A stretch of 64,000 nt of DNA from Paraspadella gotoi (GCA_051294375.1 CM119264.1:27167340-27231339); one strand, 5' to 3'. Positions 24,157 through 38,200 are shown, numbered from the stretch's first letter. A program made the numbers and translations. The notes: generated from the sequence alone by a model not told the origin.

Positions 24157-24813
24157 GGTAAATCGGTAATCCGTAAACCTGTAATCGTTCAGTACACGAC
24201 CCCATTTTTTTTAATAAGCAGTTTTCTGTGCGCCACGACGGTATGAAAAAAACTGAAAATATAAGTTAAACGAGTTTGAACGCTAAAACTTCTAATTTGT
24301 TAAATAATTTTACTCAGGTATCCAATAACATGATTTAAAACGGTGTAGTTTTAAAAAACCATTGAAGCCAAATGACATTCATTCCAGTACCATCAAAATG
24401 ATTTTTAATGATTCGATCATAACGAACTTTGTAATACGCGTATTGATTGAGAGGAAAAGGTCAGACTGCTTTTGTTTTTTTTTCTTCGAGTTCAAAATAT
24501 CCTGGCATCTCAAAGTTTTATTTAATAAGGAGAATCAGCTGTGAAGTTTTTCCCCTTAAAAAAATTTGAGTTTAAATTTCTTTGGTCTTCACACGATGAG
24601 CCTTTTTCTTTGTTCTTCTTCTATTATTATCCAAATAATTTGTAGTCAGAGAAATACCTAGAAAGTTTAAGAGAGTCTAATAATAGTAAAAACTATTACT
24701 ATTTTTCGATTTGTTTTTTTCTCACTCAGCGATCGAATTGAAAGTAGAAACTTTTAATCAGTCAGGCAGTAAGAAAAAAATATATTTAATTAGATTATGC
24801 AAGCCGCAGTTTA

Positions 24814-25060
24814 NNNNNNNNNNNNNNNNNNNNNNNNNNNNNNNNNNNNNNNNNNNNNNNNNNNNNNNNNNNNNNNNNNNNNNNNNNNNNNNNNNNNNNN
24901 NNNNNNNNNNNNNNNNNNNNNNNNNNNNNNNNNNNNNNNNNNNNNNNNNNNNNNNNNNNNNNNNNNNNNNNNNNNNNNNNNNNNNNNNNNNNNNNNNNNN
25001 NNNNNNNNNNNNNNNNNNNNNNNNNNNNNNNNNNNNNNNNNNNNNNNNNNNNNNNNNNNN
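24814..25060. other. Assembly gap (further gaps at 491-515, 28311-28593, 29231-29240, 30029-30376, 30491-30515)
   Basis: Runs of N. Confidence 1.
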
Positions 25061-25249
25061 GGTTCCTCGCGTTGCTTGGCTCCACTTACTACAATAAAAT
25101 ATATTTTATTTTCCTTTTCTTCGGCGGTTACGGTATATTAAGTCGTGTGTGTTATGAACTGAATTCTCCCCAAAAATATGATAAACCCAGTTGAATGTTT
25201 AGATTGTTAGAATTAGTTTGAAATTCAAAAATAAAATAAAGAATGTAAT

Positions 25250-25354
25250 GAAGAGACAGTAATTATTGTTGTGTTAGTGACAGTACCGTTCAATATAAGC
25301 AGTCCCTGAGCTTCGGATCAGGCTGTAGCACCGTGTTACAGGCGGGTTAAGCGC
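25250..25354 (-). mobile_element. 5'-truncated copy of the SINE at 21193-21392
   Basis: Near-identical GAAGAGACAGTAATTATTGTT...GGCGGGTTAAGCGC, lacking the tRNA-like head. Confidence 0.75.
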
Positions 25355-26230
25355 ATTCACTCGCAAATTCGCGCATGTTTCAAAAGATTGAAATGCTCCC
25401 CTTAAATCGTCTTATTTTGGATTATTTCTATTTGATTTGGATATAAAGAGAAAGGCCTGAGCAGATGCGAGGCGGACAGTGCGATCAACAGGGACGACGA
25501 CCTCGGGCTCTCTCGACTTACTGATCGGTCGATCAAACGAACGATCGAAGTTAATTAATTCATGTTTTACCGAAAAGAAAACCATGAATATTTATTCATT
25601 CAATATGTGGAGATCAGTCTATCAAATGAGTGTCTCAATCTCTAAGGAGGCATGGTTTCTTTTCAGTTCTATTAAAACATCGAGACGGAACCGAATTCTT
25701 GATTTATAAAAAGACAAAAATACAAGGAGCTTCTTATCGTTACAATTTATAGGTCTTTAATTTGAATTTTACCATTTTAGTACTAAGCAGAAAATTATTA
25801 TTTCAGGAACAGCTCCTAAAATTTTAGTCAGTCTATCAATTCATTTTTATCCCCTTGTTCTTACTCCACTTAATTGTGAGAGTGAGTCTTAACGAAGATG
25901 CAATCCTATTTTCAGGATTTAAGGGCACCACCATCGCAAAGATTCCTCTCTCAAAAAACATTAATCATTCAAAGTGTTTTGTTTTGGGTTAAAGGAATTT
26001 ATCATTGATAATAAAAATTAATAAATTAATAATATTATAATTTCTTAAAGTTTCTAAAAAGAATTAAAAGCGATTATTCTTTTCTTAAGGGGATATTGTT
26101 TTAAAAATACCAAACGGATGCCTACGTAAGTAAATATTTTCTCCCGAGAAACCAAAAAAATACTCAGTAAAACCGATCATAAAGCAAAATTCAATAACGA
26201 TAAATACAAACCAAATAATAAGCATAAAAA

Positions 26231-27000
26231 ATGCCGACAAGTAACTTGATAAAACTTTTTTTGGTCATATATTTTGTTAATGTTAGCGAAGCTTTTTTAT
26301 TTAACCTTTTCAAACCATCAAAACCGAAAAAAACAACGACGAAGGCGACAACAACAACAACAACGACGGCGACAACAACCAATACCGATTGGGCTTACGT
26401 TTACACGGGCACGGAAGAAACAGGTTAAGTTTGCCTATGTTTAAATATTTTTTTTGTCTGCTAGTTTTTAAAGAAACAGTCTACAGAATACTCATTCAAC
26501 GTGGCTATTTGATTATAAATCTTAACGTTTGATCTCAGGTCCTCCCAGCTACAATTATCCATATCAGTACGAACAGAACGACGTGGCCGACCCAAACGTT
26601 GCGCCCTGGCAATCCTACAATCTGAATCAGCAATGTTCGTAAATTTTATTATTAATATTAATGTTATTAGTATTAGTAACTTATATTAATTAGTTCTGAA
26701 TGCTATTTTTAATTTACACTTTTTTTTAAATATTTTTTTTTTCATAAGTTTTTAAAAAGTACATCGTATTCTTATGTTTACCGTTAGTGCCACAAAGCGC
26801 CCCAATCTACCCTAACGGAGAAACGGGGAATTACTATAATTCGTACGGCGGAGGAAACGGGTATCCGAGTCCAGATTATGGATCCTACGATGGATATTAT
26901 TACAATGACGGTTTTGTAAATATTGGTGAGAATTATTTATGCGTTTTAGTTCTTTGATGGGAAATATATTATAATTTTAACCTTATAGGAAATAAAATAA
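26231..27000 (+). CDS. Small secreted Thr/Tyr/Gly/Pro-rich protein; exons 26231-26423, 26539-26634, 26788-26925, 26989-?
   Basis: Signal peptide MPTSNLIKLFLVIYFVNVSEA. Three phase-1 GT-AG introns join GPPSYNYPYQYEQ...YYNSYGGGNGYPSPDYGSYDGYYYNDGFVNIG. Stop position uncertain. Confidence 0.75.
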
Positions 27001-27106
27001 ATCTTACTTCCAGAAGAATTTTACAAAGTAACATATCTCTCTCTCTCTCTCTCTCTCTCACTCTTTCTTCCCCCCCCCCATTCCCCACAGGCAGAGACTT
27101 CTCTCC

Positions 27107-27298
27107 TCAACGAGACGCCCCTTCCTCTTCCTCTCCTCCTTCTCTTCCTCCTCCTCCTCCAGATCGCATGGAGGGAATGGGAGGCGGAGGAGGAGGAGGA
27201 GGTGGTAATGATGGAGGTCGCGGGGACGGCGGTGGAGGTGGGGGTGGTGGTGCCGGGATGGGGATGGGAATGGGAAAGCATCCGGAGAACAAACACAT
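27107..27298 (-). CDS. Possible small polyproline peptide or terminal exon
   Basis: GC-rich island with ORF MCLFSGCFPIPIPIPAPPPP.... No other support. Confidence 0.25.
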   Translation of the reverse strand: MCLFSGCFPIPIPIPAPPPPPPPPSPRPPSLPPPPPPPPPIPSMRSGGGGGREGGEEEEGASR

Positions 27299-28593
27299 GG
27301 GATAATTTATTATTGATTATCGAGTCTTAGTCTAAGTATACACTTATAATTATTTCTGTAATAAACAGGTGCATAATTTGAATGTATTTTTGTATTTTTA
27401 TTTTTAACTAATCGAAAACGACCGTGTGATAACTTTGCATAATATAATTCTAATATTTCTGGCTATTATGAGATATATTTTTCTAAATCCTTACCTGTTA
27501 AATACGACTTTTTCAGAATTTAATGTGTATCTATAATTAGCATAGCGACCAGCGAGGTCTCTCCTTCACGCTGCTCCGTTACAAGCTTCCAAGCATTTGC
27601 TTGTTTCTGTCAGACGCGACCTTGGGTTTGAAGAGGCGACGTAATCCACTTGCGATGTTAAAGAAGCCAGGATTTGATCCACAGTCCAACTAATGAAGGA
27701 AAAAAGCCAAGAAGGACGAAGATACTTTTTTGTTTCTTACTTTTTTTTCGCTCTCTCTTTTCCTCTCACCGGATTCTTTTTTTAAAGCAACGAGTCGGTC
27801 ACAGGTCAGTTTTTCTTCGCTGGTCCGCTTGTCACGTTTGCTTGGTCCAAAAATGCAATAGCTGTATAGTTTAATACTGCATATTCTTAACAATCTTCGC
27901 TTTACCCGTCGCTTTCTGGTTACAAGCATTTTTCACGGCAAGCGATTTCCCTGACAAGCAAAACTCGACTGGGCTTACCGTTCGGCAATAAGAGCTTAAT
28001 CCAGTAAGCTGACGCTACATCGCAAGCATTGCTCCGGCGAGCAAGCCGCTCCGGTAAGACGGACGCCAAACGTGACGTATCCTTTGCCGGATGCCATTCG
28101 TCAAAACGACAGCGTCGAGGAAGGAAAGGCTGGGAGTCTTAATGTGGAGAAGATGGTGGCGGTTGGTTGGATGGTCGAGACCGTTGTGGAAGGTGGTTAT
28201 TGGAAGTGGTCAAGGTGGTTGTGTTTTAGACGACGACTGTGTCGGTAATAGTTAAATGTCTGATCACTAATATTTTTTGTGATTACCGAGACCAAAACGG
28301 TTTCATAGTTNNNNNNNNNNNNNNNNNNNNNNNNNNNNNNNNNNNNNNNNNNNNNNNNNNNNNNNNNNNNNNNNNNNNNNNNNNNNNNNNNNNNNNNNNN
28401 NNNNNNNNNNNNNNNNNNNNNNNNNNNNNNNNNNNNNNNNNNNNNNNNNNNNNNNNNNNNNNNNNNNNNNNNNNNNNNNNNNNNNNNNNNNNNNNNNNNN
28501 NNNNNNNNNNNNNNNNNNNNNNNNNNNNNNNNNNNNNNNNNNNNNNNNNNNNNNNNNNNNNNNNNNNNNNNNNNNNNNNNNNNNNNNNNNNNN

Positions 28594-29937
28594 TGCTTGA
28601 TTTGGCGGTCAGCGTTTATCTCTCTCTCATAACATGACGTCTTAATTTCAATTTTGATGAGTTTTGAAAACATATTTTCTGTTTCGTCCCAATTCCTCCG
28701 CGATGTTCCTGGTCAAAATACGTGGCTCTATAGATTTCGTGATCAGCGGAATTTGTCTCTTGATTTCTGGAACCTTTGTTGTTTCCTACCACAAATTAGG
28801 CACTTTGCCAAGGTCGTTGTTTACAATGTATGATAACATTTCTGTAAGTATAACCGATTAATCAGAGTTTGAATAGGCGGAATATCGTTTTCCAACATGA
28901 GGTGAATCTTTCATTGTGCAATGTTGCGTTAGAATATTATTTCCGATTTTGTTCTGTATTTCTCTGTCGGATTTTCTTTAAGATCGAGCAAACACAAAGA
29001 GAAGGATGACGCCCGAATACAAAAAAGGTGGAAATGGTGAGCCGGTCAAAGGTTTAGCGAAGCACCATCATCGAAGTGATCGTTAAAATCGGAAAAATTA
29101 TAATAATGATATATTCAGTTTAAAGAATTGGGATTCGCAGAAAACTAGAAAGATAATTAGAGTGAGAAACTATGAGGAAAAATAGAAGAAGAATCTGAAA
29201 ACTGGAGGGAAAATGAAAATAGAAAAAATANNNNNNNNNNAAGTAATATGTTTTTAAAATGTTCTATTACCACTCTCTCTCACTCTCTCTGTGCTTGATT
29301 TGGCGGTCAGCGTTTATCTCTCTCTCATAACTTGAGGTCTTAATTTCAATTTTGATGAGGTTTGATTACGTATTTTCTGTTTCGTCTCAATTCCTCCGCG
29401 AATGTTCCTGGCTTGAACGCTAAATTTCCTGGTCAAAATACGTAGCTCTATGGATTTAAGGATCAGCGGAATTTGTCTCTTGATTTCTGGAACCTTTGTT
29501 GCTTCCTACCACTAACGCAATTAGGCACTTTGCCAAGGTCTTTGGTTACAAAGTACGATAACATTTCTGTAAGTAGAACCGATTAATCAGAGTTTGAATA
29601 GAATGAATATCGTTTTACGTGTCCAACAATGTTGCGTAAGAATATTATTTCCGATTTTGTTCTGTATTTCTCTGTCGGATTTTCTTTAAGATCGAGCAAA
29701 CACAAAGAGAAGGACGACGCCCGAATACAAAAAAGGTGGAAATGTGAGCCGGTCAAAGGTTTAGCGAAGCACCATCATCAAAGTGATCGTTAAAATCGGA
29801 AAAATTATACTAATGATATATTCAGTTTAAAGAATTGGGATTCGCAGAAAACTAGAAAGATAATTAGAGTGAGAAACTATGAGGAAAAATAGAAGGAGAA
29901 ACTGAAAACTGGAGGAAAAAGGAAAATAGAAAAAACA
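28594..29937 (+). repeat. Direct duplication (~640 bp): 28594-29230 vs 29292-29937
   Basis: Near-identical copies with a few SNPs and indels, separated by and bordered with N-gaps. Confidence 0.9.
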
Positions 29938-32849
29938 TAAAAGAGAGAACTGACGAGCGAGAGAGAGAGACAGAGAGAGAGACAGAAGAGTGAAAAGAAA
30001 AAAAAGAGACAACTTAGATAGAATTACCNNNNNNNNNNNNNNNNNNNNNNNNNNNNNNNNNNNNNNNNNNNNNNNNNNNNNNNNNNNNNNNNNNNNNNNN
30101 NNNNNNNNNNNNNNNNNNNNNNNNNNNNNNNNNNNNNNNNNNNNNNNNNNNNNNNNNNNNNNNNNNNNNNNNNNNNNNNNNNNNNNNNNNNNNNNNNNNN
30201 NNNNNNNNNNNNNNNNNNNNNNNNNNNNNNNNNNNNNNNNNNNNNNNNNNNNNNNNNNNNNNNNNNNNNNNNNNNNNNNNNNNNNNNNNNNNNNNNNNNN
30301 NNNNNNNNNNNNNNNNNNNNNNNNNNNNNNNNNNNNNNNNNNNNNNNNNNNNNNNNNNNNNNNNNNNNNNNNNNNNAGAAGAAAGAAAGACATAGAAGAG
30401 AAAGAGATATGATTTATGGAGGAAAATTTGGACTCGCGATCCGGATTCCGTTTGAAAAGGGCAGCGCCGAGGGAGAGAGATGGAGAGAGANNNNNNNNNN
30501 NNNNNNNNNNNNNNNGCGTTCTACTCCATCTCTCTCCTTCGGCGCTGCCTCTTTTCAAACGTGAATTCCGGATCGCGTGTTCCAAATGTTTCTCATATAA
30601 ATCATATCTCTACTCGTGCCTTCTATTGTCTTTCTTTTCTTTCTATTGATCTTTCTTTACTTTGCTTTTCTTACTATCTCTATTATTTTTTTTTCTTTCT
30701 TAATTCTATCCAGTGTTGTCCATATCTTATTTTCTAGCTCATTTTCTCTTTTCTCATTTCTTATTGTAATTTCTCTCTTATTTCAATTTCTCGTTAATTT
30801 TCTCTTCTTAACTTTAGGTGTTGCCGCCAGTTACTATATCCGTTGTCCTTTTAGACAACGAAATTCTGAGACTTTCAATAATTATGCCGTTATCTTTTTG
30901 ATCTCTTAAAATTGGTTATGTGTAATGTAAGCACTTTCTTTATTTAAAAAAAATCGGTTAGTGATTCTGATTAGTGATTATTCGCGTTCTTCTTATAACA
31001 TTAGTAACTGATTCGCGGTAAAGTTTTTTATGAAGTTAAATATAATATCGGTGAAGACATGTTTTCTTCAATGAAGTGTCAATTCGAAATCTTTAATTTT
31101 AGAAATACAGTACATGATTTGAACTTTTTTATGGTAGAAGATAACTTTTAAATAGTAATTGAATTACCTCCCACTAAGTATATCGTTCACGTTCTTTACT
31201 TTACGACATACTTAATTCAGTAGGCTAGGAACGCCACAATTTATTCTCTATACAATGTTTTGTTCTCACTTCAATAGTCGGCCTTTCCTGATTCTTTTTT
31301 CTTCAATCTCTTTTCTTTCTCTTTTTATTTGTATAATTTTTTCTTTCCCTCTTTCCTGCCCCTACTTCTCACTGCCACTCATATTTAGCTCATTGCTTTT
31401 TTTAGCACTACCGTGTGTTTTTTTGCTCACTCTTCTCCTGAGCTTTCTATCACCTTTTTCTGCTTCGTTCATTTTCTTTCTACTTTCTTTTTCCCCTCTT
31501 TATTCTTTCCATTTGTTCACTCTCTTTTTCGTCTACCTTTATTGTGTCTCACTATTTTTTTCGTGTCAGCATTTGCCTTCTTTTTTTTCGTCTGCATTTT
31601 GCCATTCTTTTTTGCCATTTGCCGCCGCTCGCTTGTCATAGTCTCTTGCCGACCTCTGCTTTTTCTTTGTTCTTTCATATCTTTTCCGTTTTTCCTGATC
31701 ACTGACATTTATATAATGAGTGTCCAAATAAAGAAGAAATTGTTCTGTTATGCGATATACAAGAGAAAAGAAATATATAGCGGTTAATTGAATGGATATT
31801 TTATTTTACATTAATATTATTGTATGCACTGATATAGCAGAGATTTAATTATAAAATCGACAGATATTGCGGAATAATTGTTATTCCGCAATTGAAATCT
31901 GTTCGATTCTGTAGAATATAAAACATTATGTTCTTGTTACGCTTTTCCATTTGGGTTTCAAATTAGGATTGCGGTTTTTTTTGTTTTATATATACGTTAC
32001 AAGTTATGGTACCGTCATCCTTTTTAAAAACATTAATAAATGAGTTAAAAAATAGCCTGCTCTTATATATCAAATAATATAATGCAAGTGCACGAAAAAT
32101 GTCTACAAATTAAGAAAGTTGTCTTTAAAATAAGTTATTTTGTGTGCTAAAATGAAATAGTTTTTTTGATAGATTTTGTTGCTGAGGTGTTTAAATAGTT
32201 CTTATTTAGATAGGCTATCATTTTCTTTGTTAATTTCAACTCTATATTTGATTTGATTTTTAGTTATTAACAAATTTATGAATCATAAGACATGTTGAAA
32301 CGTGGTACAACTTTTTTTGACTTTGTTACACTTTTTAAAATTATTCCATAGGCAAATCTATTTACAATGATTTAAGCTGTAAAATAAATTTAACAACTAG
32401 GGGTAAAGAAGATAAGGGGAAGAAGCGGAATTGTCCTATAAAAGTTTAATAAAAAATTTTTGCTCTTCAAACTTTTCCTATTGGCATATATACAATCATT
32501 AGTCGTGTAGTAATAAATTGACGACACAAAATGGATTCATTAATGTTTTTTCCCTGAAAAGTTGCCACGAATCAGGTACTTGCTTTTTTATCATTAGATT
32601 GACGGGTGAGATTGTTTCTAAGTACCAATTCGCTTGCGTGCGTTCAATTTGCCTAGATTTTGTTGGTTGTGGCGAGGCAAAAAGTTAAGTTCAAACATTG
32701 TTAGAGTTAAACTAAGCTTGAACAATTAGTGGAAATGAGTGCGTTTTTTTCCTAAATTCACGATCGTTTTGTATGCGGATATCCTCTTAGTGTAATTCGT
32801 TAGTTCTAAGTTGTCTCTTTTTTTTTCCTTTCTTCACTTTCTGTCTCTC

Positions 32850-34590
32850 TTCTTTCTGTCTCTTCTCTCTCGCTAAGTGCGGTCATGTTCTCTTTCTTTT
32901 ATGTTCTTGTTTCTATTTTACCTTTTCCCTCGCAGTTGTTCATGTTTCTCTTCTATTTTTTTCCTCATTAGTTTCTTTGCACTCTATTTTATTGAATCTT
33001 TCTAGTTTTCTGGCGGATGTTGCCCAATTTCTTAAACTGGAAATTATATTCATATTAAGTAATATTTTATTTTTTTCCAGATTTTTAACGTGATCTACGT
33101 TATGGATGATGGTGCTTTCCGCTTAAGCGGTTGTTGACCGGGCTCCAATTTCCGACGATTTTTGTGTTAATTCGGGGCGTCGTCGCTTCTCTTTGTGTTT
33201 GCTTTCCGATCTTAGAAGAAAATCCGAACAGAGTAAATGACAGAGACAAATATGCCGGTAAATAACTATTTCTTATCGTGTCCAATCATATTGATTGGAT
33301 CAACGTGAAAAACGGTATTTATCGATATCGTATTTCTAAAACTCTCGATTTAATTTCGGTTCGTTACTTACAGTAAAATGTTATCAGTACTTGTTTGTGT
33401 AACGCGAATAGACCTTGTGCAAAGTGCCTGTAATTGCGGTTTTAAGTGTAGGTGATGAGCTAGACCAAAGGTTTTCTTTCAATGACAATTCAAGTAGACT
33501 TATTAAATATCCGTCTGAATTCCTTAAATCCATAGATGCTATCGTATTTTGACTCAGGTAATATTTTAGTCGTTCAAAGTCAGGATACATTCTTCGTCAG
33601 GAGGATATGTTTTGAGACGGAAAAGAAAATGTACTGGTTAATTCAATTTGACCTTCATGTCAAAAATTTTGGAAATTCAAGACCCTTCAAGGTTATGATA
33701 GAGTAGTAGATAAACAGTTCTTGTTAACCTTGCCAATTAATCAAGGCACAGAGAGAGGCTAGTGTAGAGAGTAGTTGGTATATTAGAAACATTGTTAATA
33801 ACCTATATTACTTTATCGTGATTTTATTTAGTGGCGTGTATAAGTTCACTCGCGCTTCCAGCGTCCATAGCCTAATTCTGTTGCCAGCCAAATCCATTGG
33901 GCTCAAGAGGGGGAATACAAGACTCATGGCAATGCGTGTAGTGGTTTCATCCACAGTTCCTTCACGAGCTTCCCTCTGCGTTTGCGCAAAGCACGTAGAC
34001 GCGTTCCTATGCGGTAACCTTGCTGCTGCAGTGAACTTGCAGCGTCTCACTTTGAGGGTTCGGAGCTCCTAAAGTCGCTTAACAGTTGAGATGCCACATC
34101 CCTAATGAGGATTATCAACAGGCAACACCGGTCTTGTATTTGCCTAAATATATATTTTTTCCAATTGTTATTGAGTTAGTTTAAAAATCTAGTGAACTTT
34201 ATCTTTGCATTTTTAAGCGAAATTTTCCAATGGGAAATAATATATGTTAATAAAAAAATTGAGTCCCGCTATTAGACTTATTGAAACCGTTTTGGTCTCG
34301 GTAAGTCACAAAAATGTATATTAGTGATCAGACAATTTTAACTATTTACTTGACTACATGTTCTTGTTCTGTTCTAAAAGTACACAACCTCTTCGAACCG
34401 CACCTTCCCGAATAAACATCCAATCCACTAAATCTGTGTCTCGACTGCACTCAAATTCACCGCCACCATCCTTCTGCTCAGTCATTTAAGACCTCGCCAG
34501 TCATTTCCTTCCTCGACTGCGTGTGTCGTTTTGACGAATGGCCATCATGCGTCTGCAAAGGTATATCGTCAGCGTTTGTGCGTCCGTCTT
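32850..34590 (-). repeat. Insertion-riddled inverted copy of ~28060-29960
   Basis: 34500-34590 matches the reverse complement of 28057-28126, and 33000-33800 matches that of 29241-29860, with scattered single-base insertions. Confidence 0.85.
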
Positions 34591-35242
34591 GACGCGCGGA
34601 GCGGCTGAGAGAGAGAGAGAGAGAGAGAAGAGTGAAGGCAAGAAGAAACGTAGAAAATGAAAAAAGAATAAAAGAGAAGAGAAGAGAAGATAAGAGAATA
34701 GAAGAGAACAGAAGAGAACAGAAGAGAACAGAAGAGAAGAGAAGAGAAAGAAAAAGGAAAACTTGAATTTGCATGAGGGAGAAAAAGAAATCAAAAAAGA
34801 CACGAAAATAATCAACAATGGGAAAGGAGCTTTGGCGACTTCTCTTTGTTTGAATAGCCTGACCCGTTATAGGGCTCACTCTCTCACTCCCTCTCTCACT
34901 TCTCTCTCTCTCTCTTTCTCTTTCTCTTTCTCTTTCTATCTATATATCCAATTCTCTTTCTCTGTCTTTTCCTCATTGTGCTAAAAAAATGTTAAAATAA
35001 ACGTATAAAAAATGTGATTTTTCTTATTCATGATTTCCATCTTTTTTGCAAAGTTAAAAACAAAACTTTTCAGAATTTAAAGGAAAAAAGATGATAAAAA
35101 TATTCAAGTATTGCGTAAAATTAAAAACGGCAAATTGCAATATTTGTGTGATTCTATTGATAAACATTGTTTTTGTTGAACTAGTATCATATGTAAATTG
35201 CGTTAAGTATTAAAAAAACGTCGAAGTTGTTGTTGTCGTCGT

Positions 35243-38200
35243 TCATTGTTTAAAAGTCGAAAGCGGGACACGTGACTCTTTCCGGCAAAAAACGACTGAG
35301 CGGAGGGAAAAAGCGTCTGCTGCTGTGGAAACTGCTGTTGATGCTGACGTAGGTACGTAAATTGCTGGGGCTGCTGATGCAATTGCTGTTGATGCGGGAA
35401 ATGCGGCGCGGCTCCATCTCAGCTCTCCTCTTCCCCCTCCGCTTGGTTGCGCTGTGACGTCTTTTTTCGGTCGTTGTCTCCGCTGTTGCTGTTTGCTGTT
35501 GCCGCCGATGAGGCACCGTGTTGTTGTTGTTGTTGGAGAAACGACTTCTGTTTCCGTCGTCGTCATCGTCGAAATTTTTCTCCAGCAAATAAGTGATAGA
35601 ATCCTAAAATCGCGTTATGAAAATCAAAAGCGAAAGGAAAACAAAATAAAAACCATAACAAAAAACAACCAAAATAATAACAACAAAGGTTTCTGAAGTT
35701 GCGGCGAGAAACACAACACAACAACACAACAACACGATGACAGGATTCGAACCTGCGACCCGAGCTTCGACTCTCCCGGCGTCAACCCTCCCGGCCTTCA
35801 GCATCTCTTCACTTCGGCCAAATCCTTCGATGTCGTCGTCTCGCAGCCGCCGCCGCCGCCCCGCCCCACCGCAGCCGCCCCAGCTGCCACCGCCGCTGCC
35901 CCATTCTGTCGGCCGAAACCGTCAATCCTGGCGTCGACGAGGGGCGTGGGACTCGTGGGAGGCGTAGCCGGAAGACTCGAGGAGTTTGGAGGATGTGGAG
36001 GCCACACCTGATGGCCGGTCACGAGACTGTGTAAGAACGAAGGACAAGTTATGGCGCGAAGAATGGGTCAAAGCATCCCCCTGTCAACAGTGTGTCCACT
36101 GTCCATGTCCTTCGGATTTCAAGAATTACATGACAGCAACGTTGTACATAAAATAGTTAAACCGAATTTTTTTAGAACTGTTTTTCCGAAAGTCCCCCAT
36201 TTCTGTTCTCATGAATATAATTTTAAAGCCAAAGATTTAACTTTTAATCTTTTACCAAACCTTAACCTTAATGCCAAACATTAGCTAATCCTTTAGCAAA
36301 TCTTTAACCACATTTTCAAACTCCCTCCTAATTGTAATCCTTAACCTAACCCCTATCCCTAACCCCAAACTTAATACTTAATAGTATTTAAACTTAAAAT
36401 TTTTTTAAATTAAAGTTAGATTATCCTTAGATTTTTTCCGCTTTGCCAGATAAAGATACCTGCTTCGAAAGCACGATCAAATTCCTGGCGATCGAAGTCT
36501 TCGCGGACGAATTCAGGCAAGCAAGCATCGGGCAAGCAGCCTTCGGGCAGAAACCCTGCGTCGACAATGACCTCTTGTTTCCGCAGGAGACTTCGAGTTT
36601 TGATTCCAATGATTCGATCTTCGCCGGGACCAATCGCGTCTGAACAGGGGATGGAAGCAGAGGGGGGCATGTAGGGGGAAATGCCGGATATAGGAGAGAA
36701 AAGAAGTTGAGTTCCTGGGATTTATATAAAATAAACGATAGAGAAGACTCCAAAATAGTTTTGGTACATCCTCTGTTCCCTTTTTAAAAGCACCCCATTT
36801 CAGTCTAAATATAGAATTAAGTAAGTTTTTGGTTTTAAAATTTAGGAAAAAAACAAACAAAAAAAAATAATTTATTTGTTTTTATCAACGAATTCGTTGA
36901 TAAAAACAAATAAATTTTTTTTTTTCTCCTAAATTTCAAAACGAAACAAAATTGATAGTTTATACACAATGGTTTAAAAATTAAACTAAGGCTTTGGAAT
37001 AAGTAATAAGTAATAGATTAAGGATTTGGGTTAGTTATTAGGGTTAAGGAATTAGTTTAAGGATCAGGTTTAGGGTTAGCGAATGGGGTGAGGGATTAAG
37101 TTAGGGTTAGGGAATAGGATTAAAGATCAGGTTAAGATTTAAAATTAAGTTCACGGATTTAGAAGCAAAAATGGGGGGCTTTCGGAATACAGAGCCATTT
37201 AAGCTAGTAAAACAACGTATAAATTGTTTCCTTAAAATCGTTTGGTCGTCTTCAAATACTTCACCCGCGAGATGTTGCTGTAGCTGCCCGATCTCCTGAC
37301 GTACGACGCCGCTGAAATCTCCAGACGACGGAGTCGTCGACGTGGACGACGTCGTCGTCGTCGTCGTTCCCAAGACGACGGTGAACTCGGAGCGGTGACG
37401 CCGCACGGGAGGCGGCGGGCGGCGCCGGCTGCGGTGACCACCGGCGGCGCTGCTGTTGTCCTCCTGCTCGCTGGACGACTGTTTGTTGAACATCCGCTCG
37501 GCGCCGCGAAAGTCGGTCGGTCGGACTTTGGGCGCCGCTTTGTTGACGTTATTGTTGTTGTTGTTGTTCTGGGCGTCGTTGTTGTCGTTAACGTTTCCCA
37601 CGGGGACGGGAGCGTTATCTCGCCAGGTCCTTTGGTTGTAAACAGGAGGAGGAGGAGGATGAGGAGGAGGATGAAGAGGAGAAGAATGAGTTGCGATCTG
37701 GTGATGACATGAATGGTAATTGTTTTTCAGCTCGGCAGATGTCGCCGCCGACGCCGCCCGACTGCCCATGGTCCCGTCCTTGTCGTAGACGCCGCCTCCG
37801 TCGTAGTAGACCACGCCTACTCCTCCTCCTCCTCCTACTCCCCCTCCTCCTCCTCTAGTCCTCGATCTTTCTCGTCGCTCAAACTCTTTCAACGATCGCT
37901 GAAGAAATTGAGAGTTTTCGCTCTCGTACTCAGGCTGCTGTTGGTGCTGCGGATGCGGCTGTTGAGGCGCCGGCTGCTGCGTTGGTTGTTGTTGCGGAAG
38001 AAAATGCTGCGGGAGATGCAGCTGCTGCTGCTGTCCCTTCTCCGTTTCGCCGCCGCGCAACGAGCTCCCATTTTCGAAATTGTTTCGCGATTCTCCCAGA
38101 GACGGCAAATTGCCATCTCGGCTCGCCATCCCGCCGTCCCGTCCGTAATTGCCGCCACCTCCGCCTCTTCCTCCTCCGCCTCCTCCTCCTTCTCCTCCTC

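Noticed and set aside
24711-30737. ORFs containing long X runs
   Set aside because: They span assembly gaps.
30600-31790. Phe/Leu/Ser-rich membrane-protein-like ORFs
   Set aside because: A by-product of pyrimidine-rich low-complexity DNA. All frames give similar peptides.
35737-35765. tRNA-like GGTCGCAGGTTCGAATCCTGTCA (minus strand)
   Set aside because: Isolated T-arm with no D-arm or anticodon arm.
36431-36643. Plus-strand exon/ORF after CCTTAG
   Set aside because: The minus strand has both acceptor and donor sites and fits the neighbouring minus-strand exons better.
36990-37140. Interstitial telomere (TTAGGG)
   Set aside because: Highly degenerate and part of a dispersed repeat with an inverted partner.
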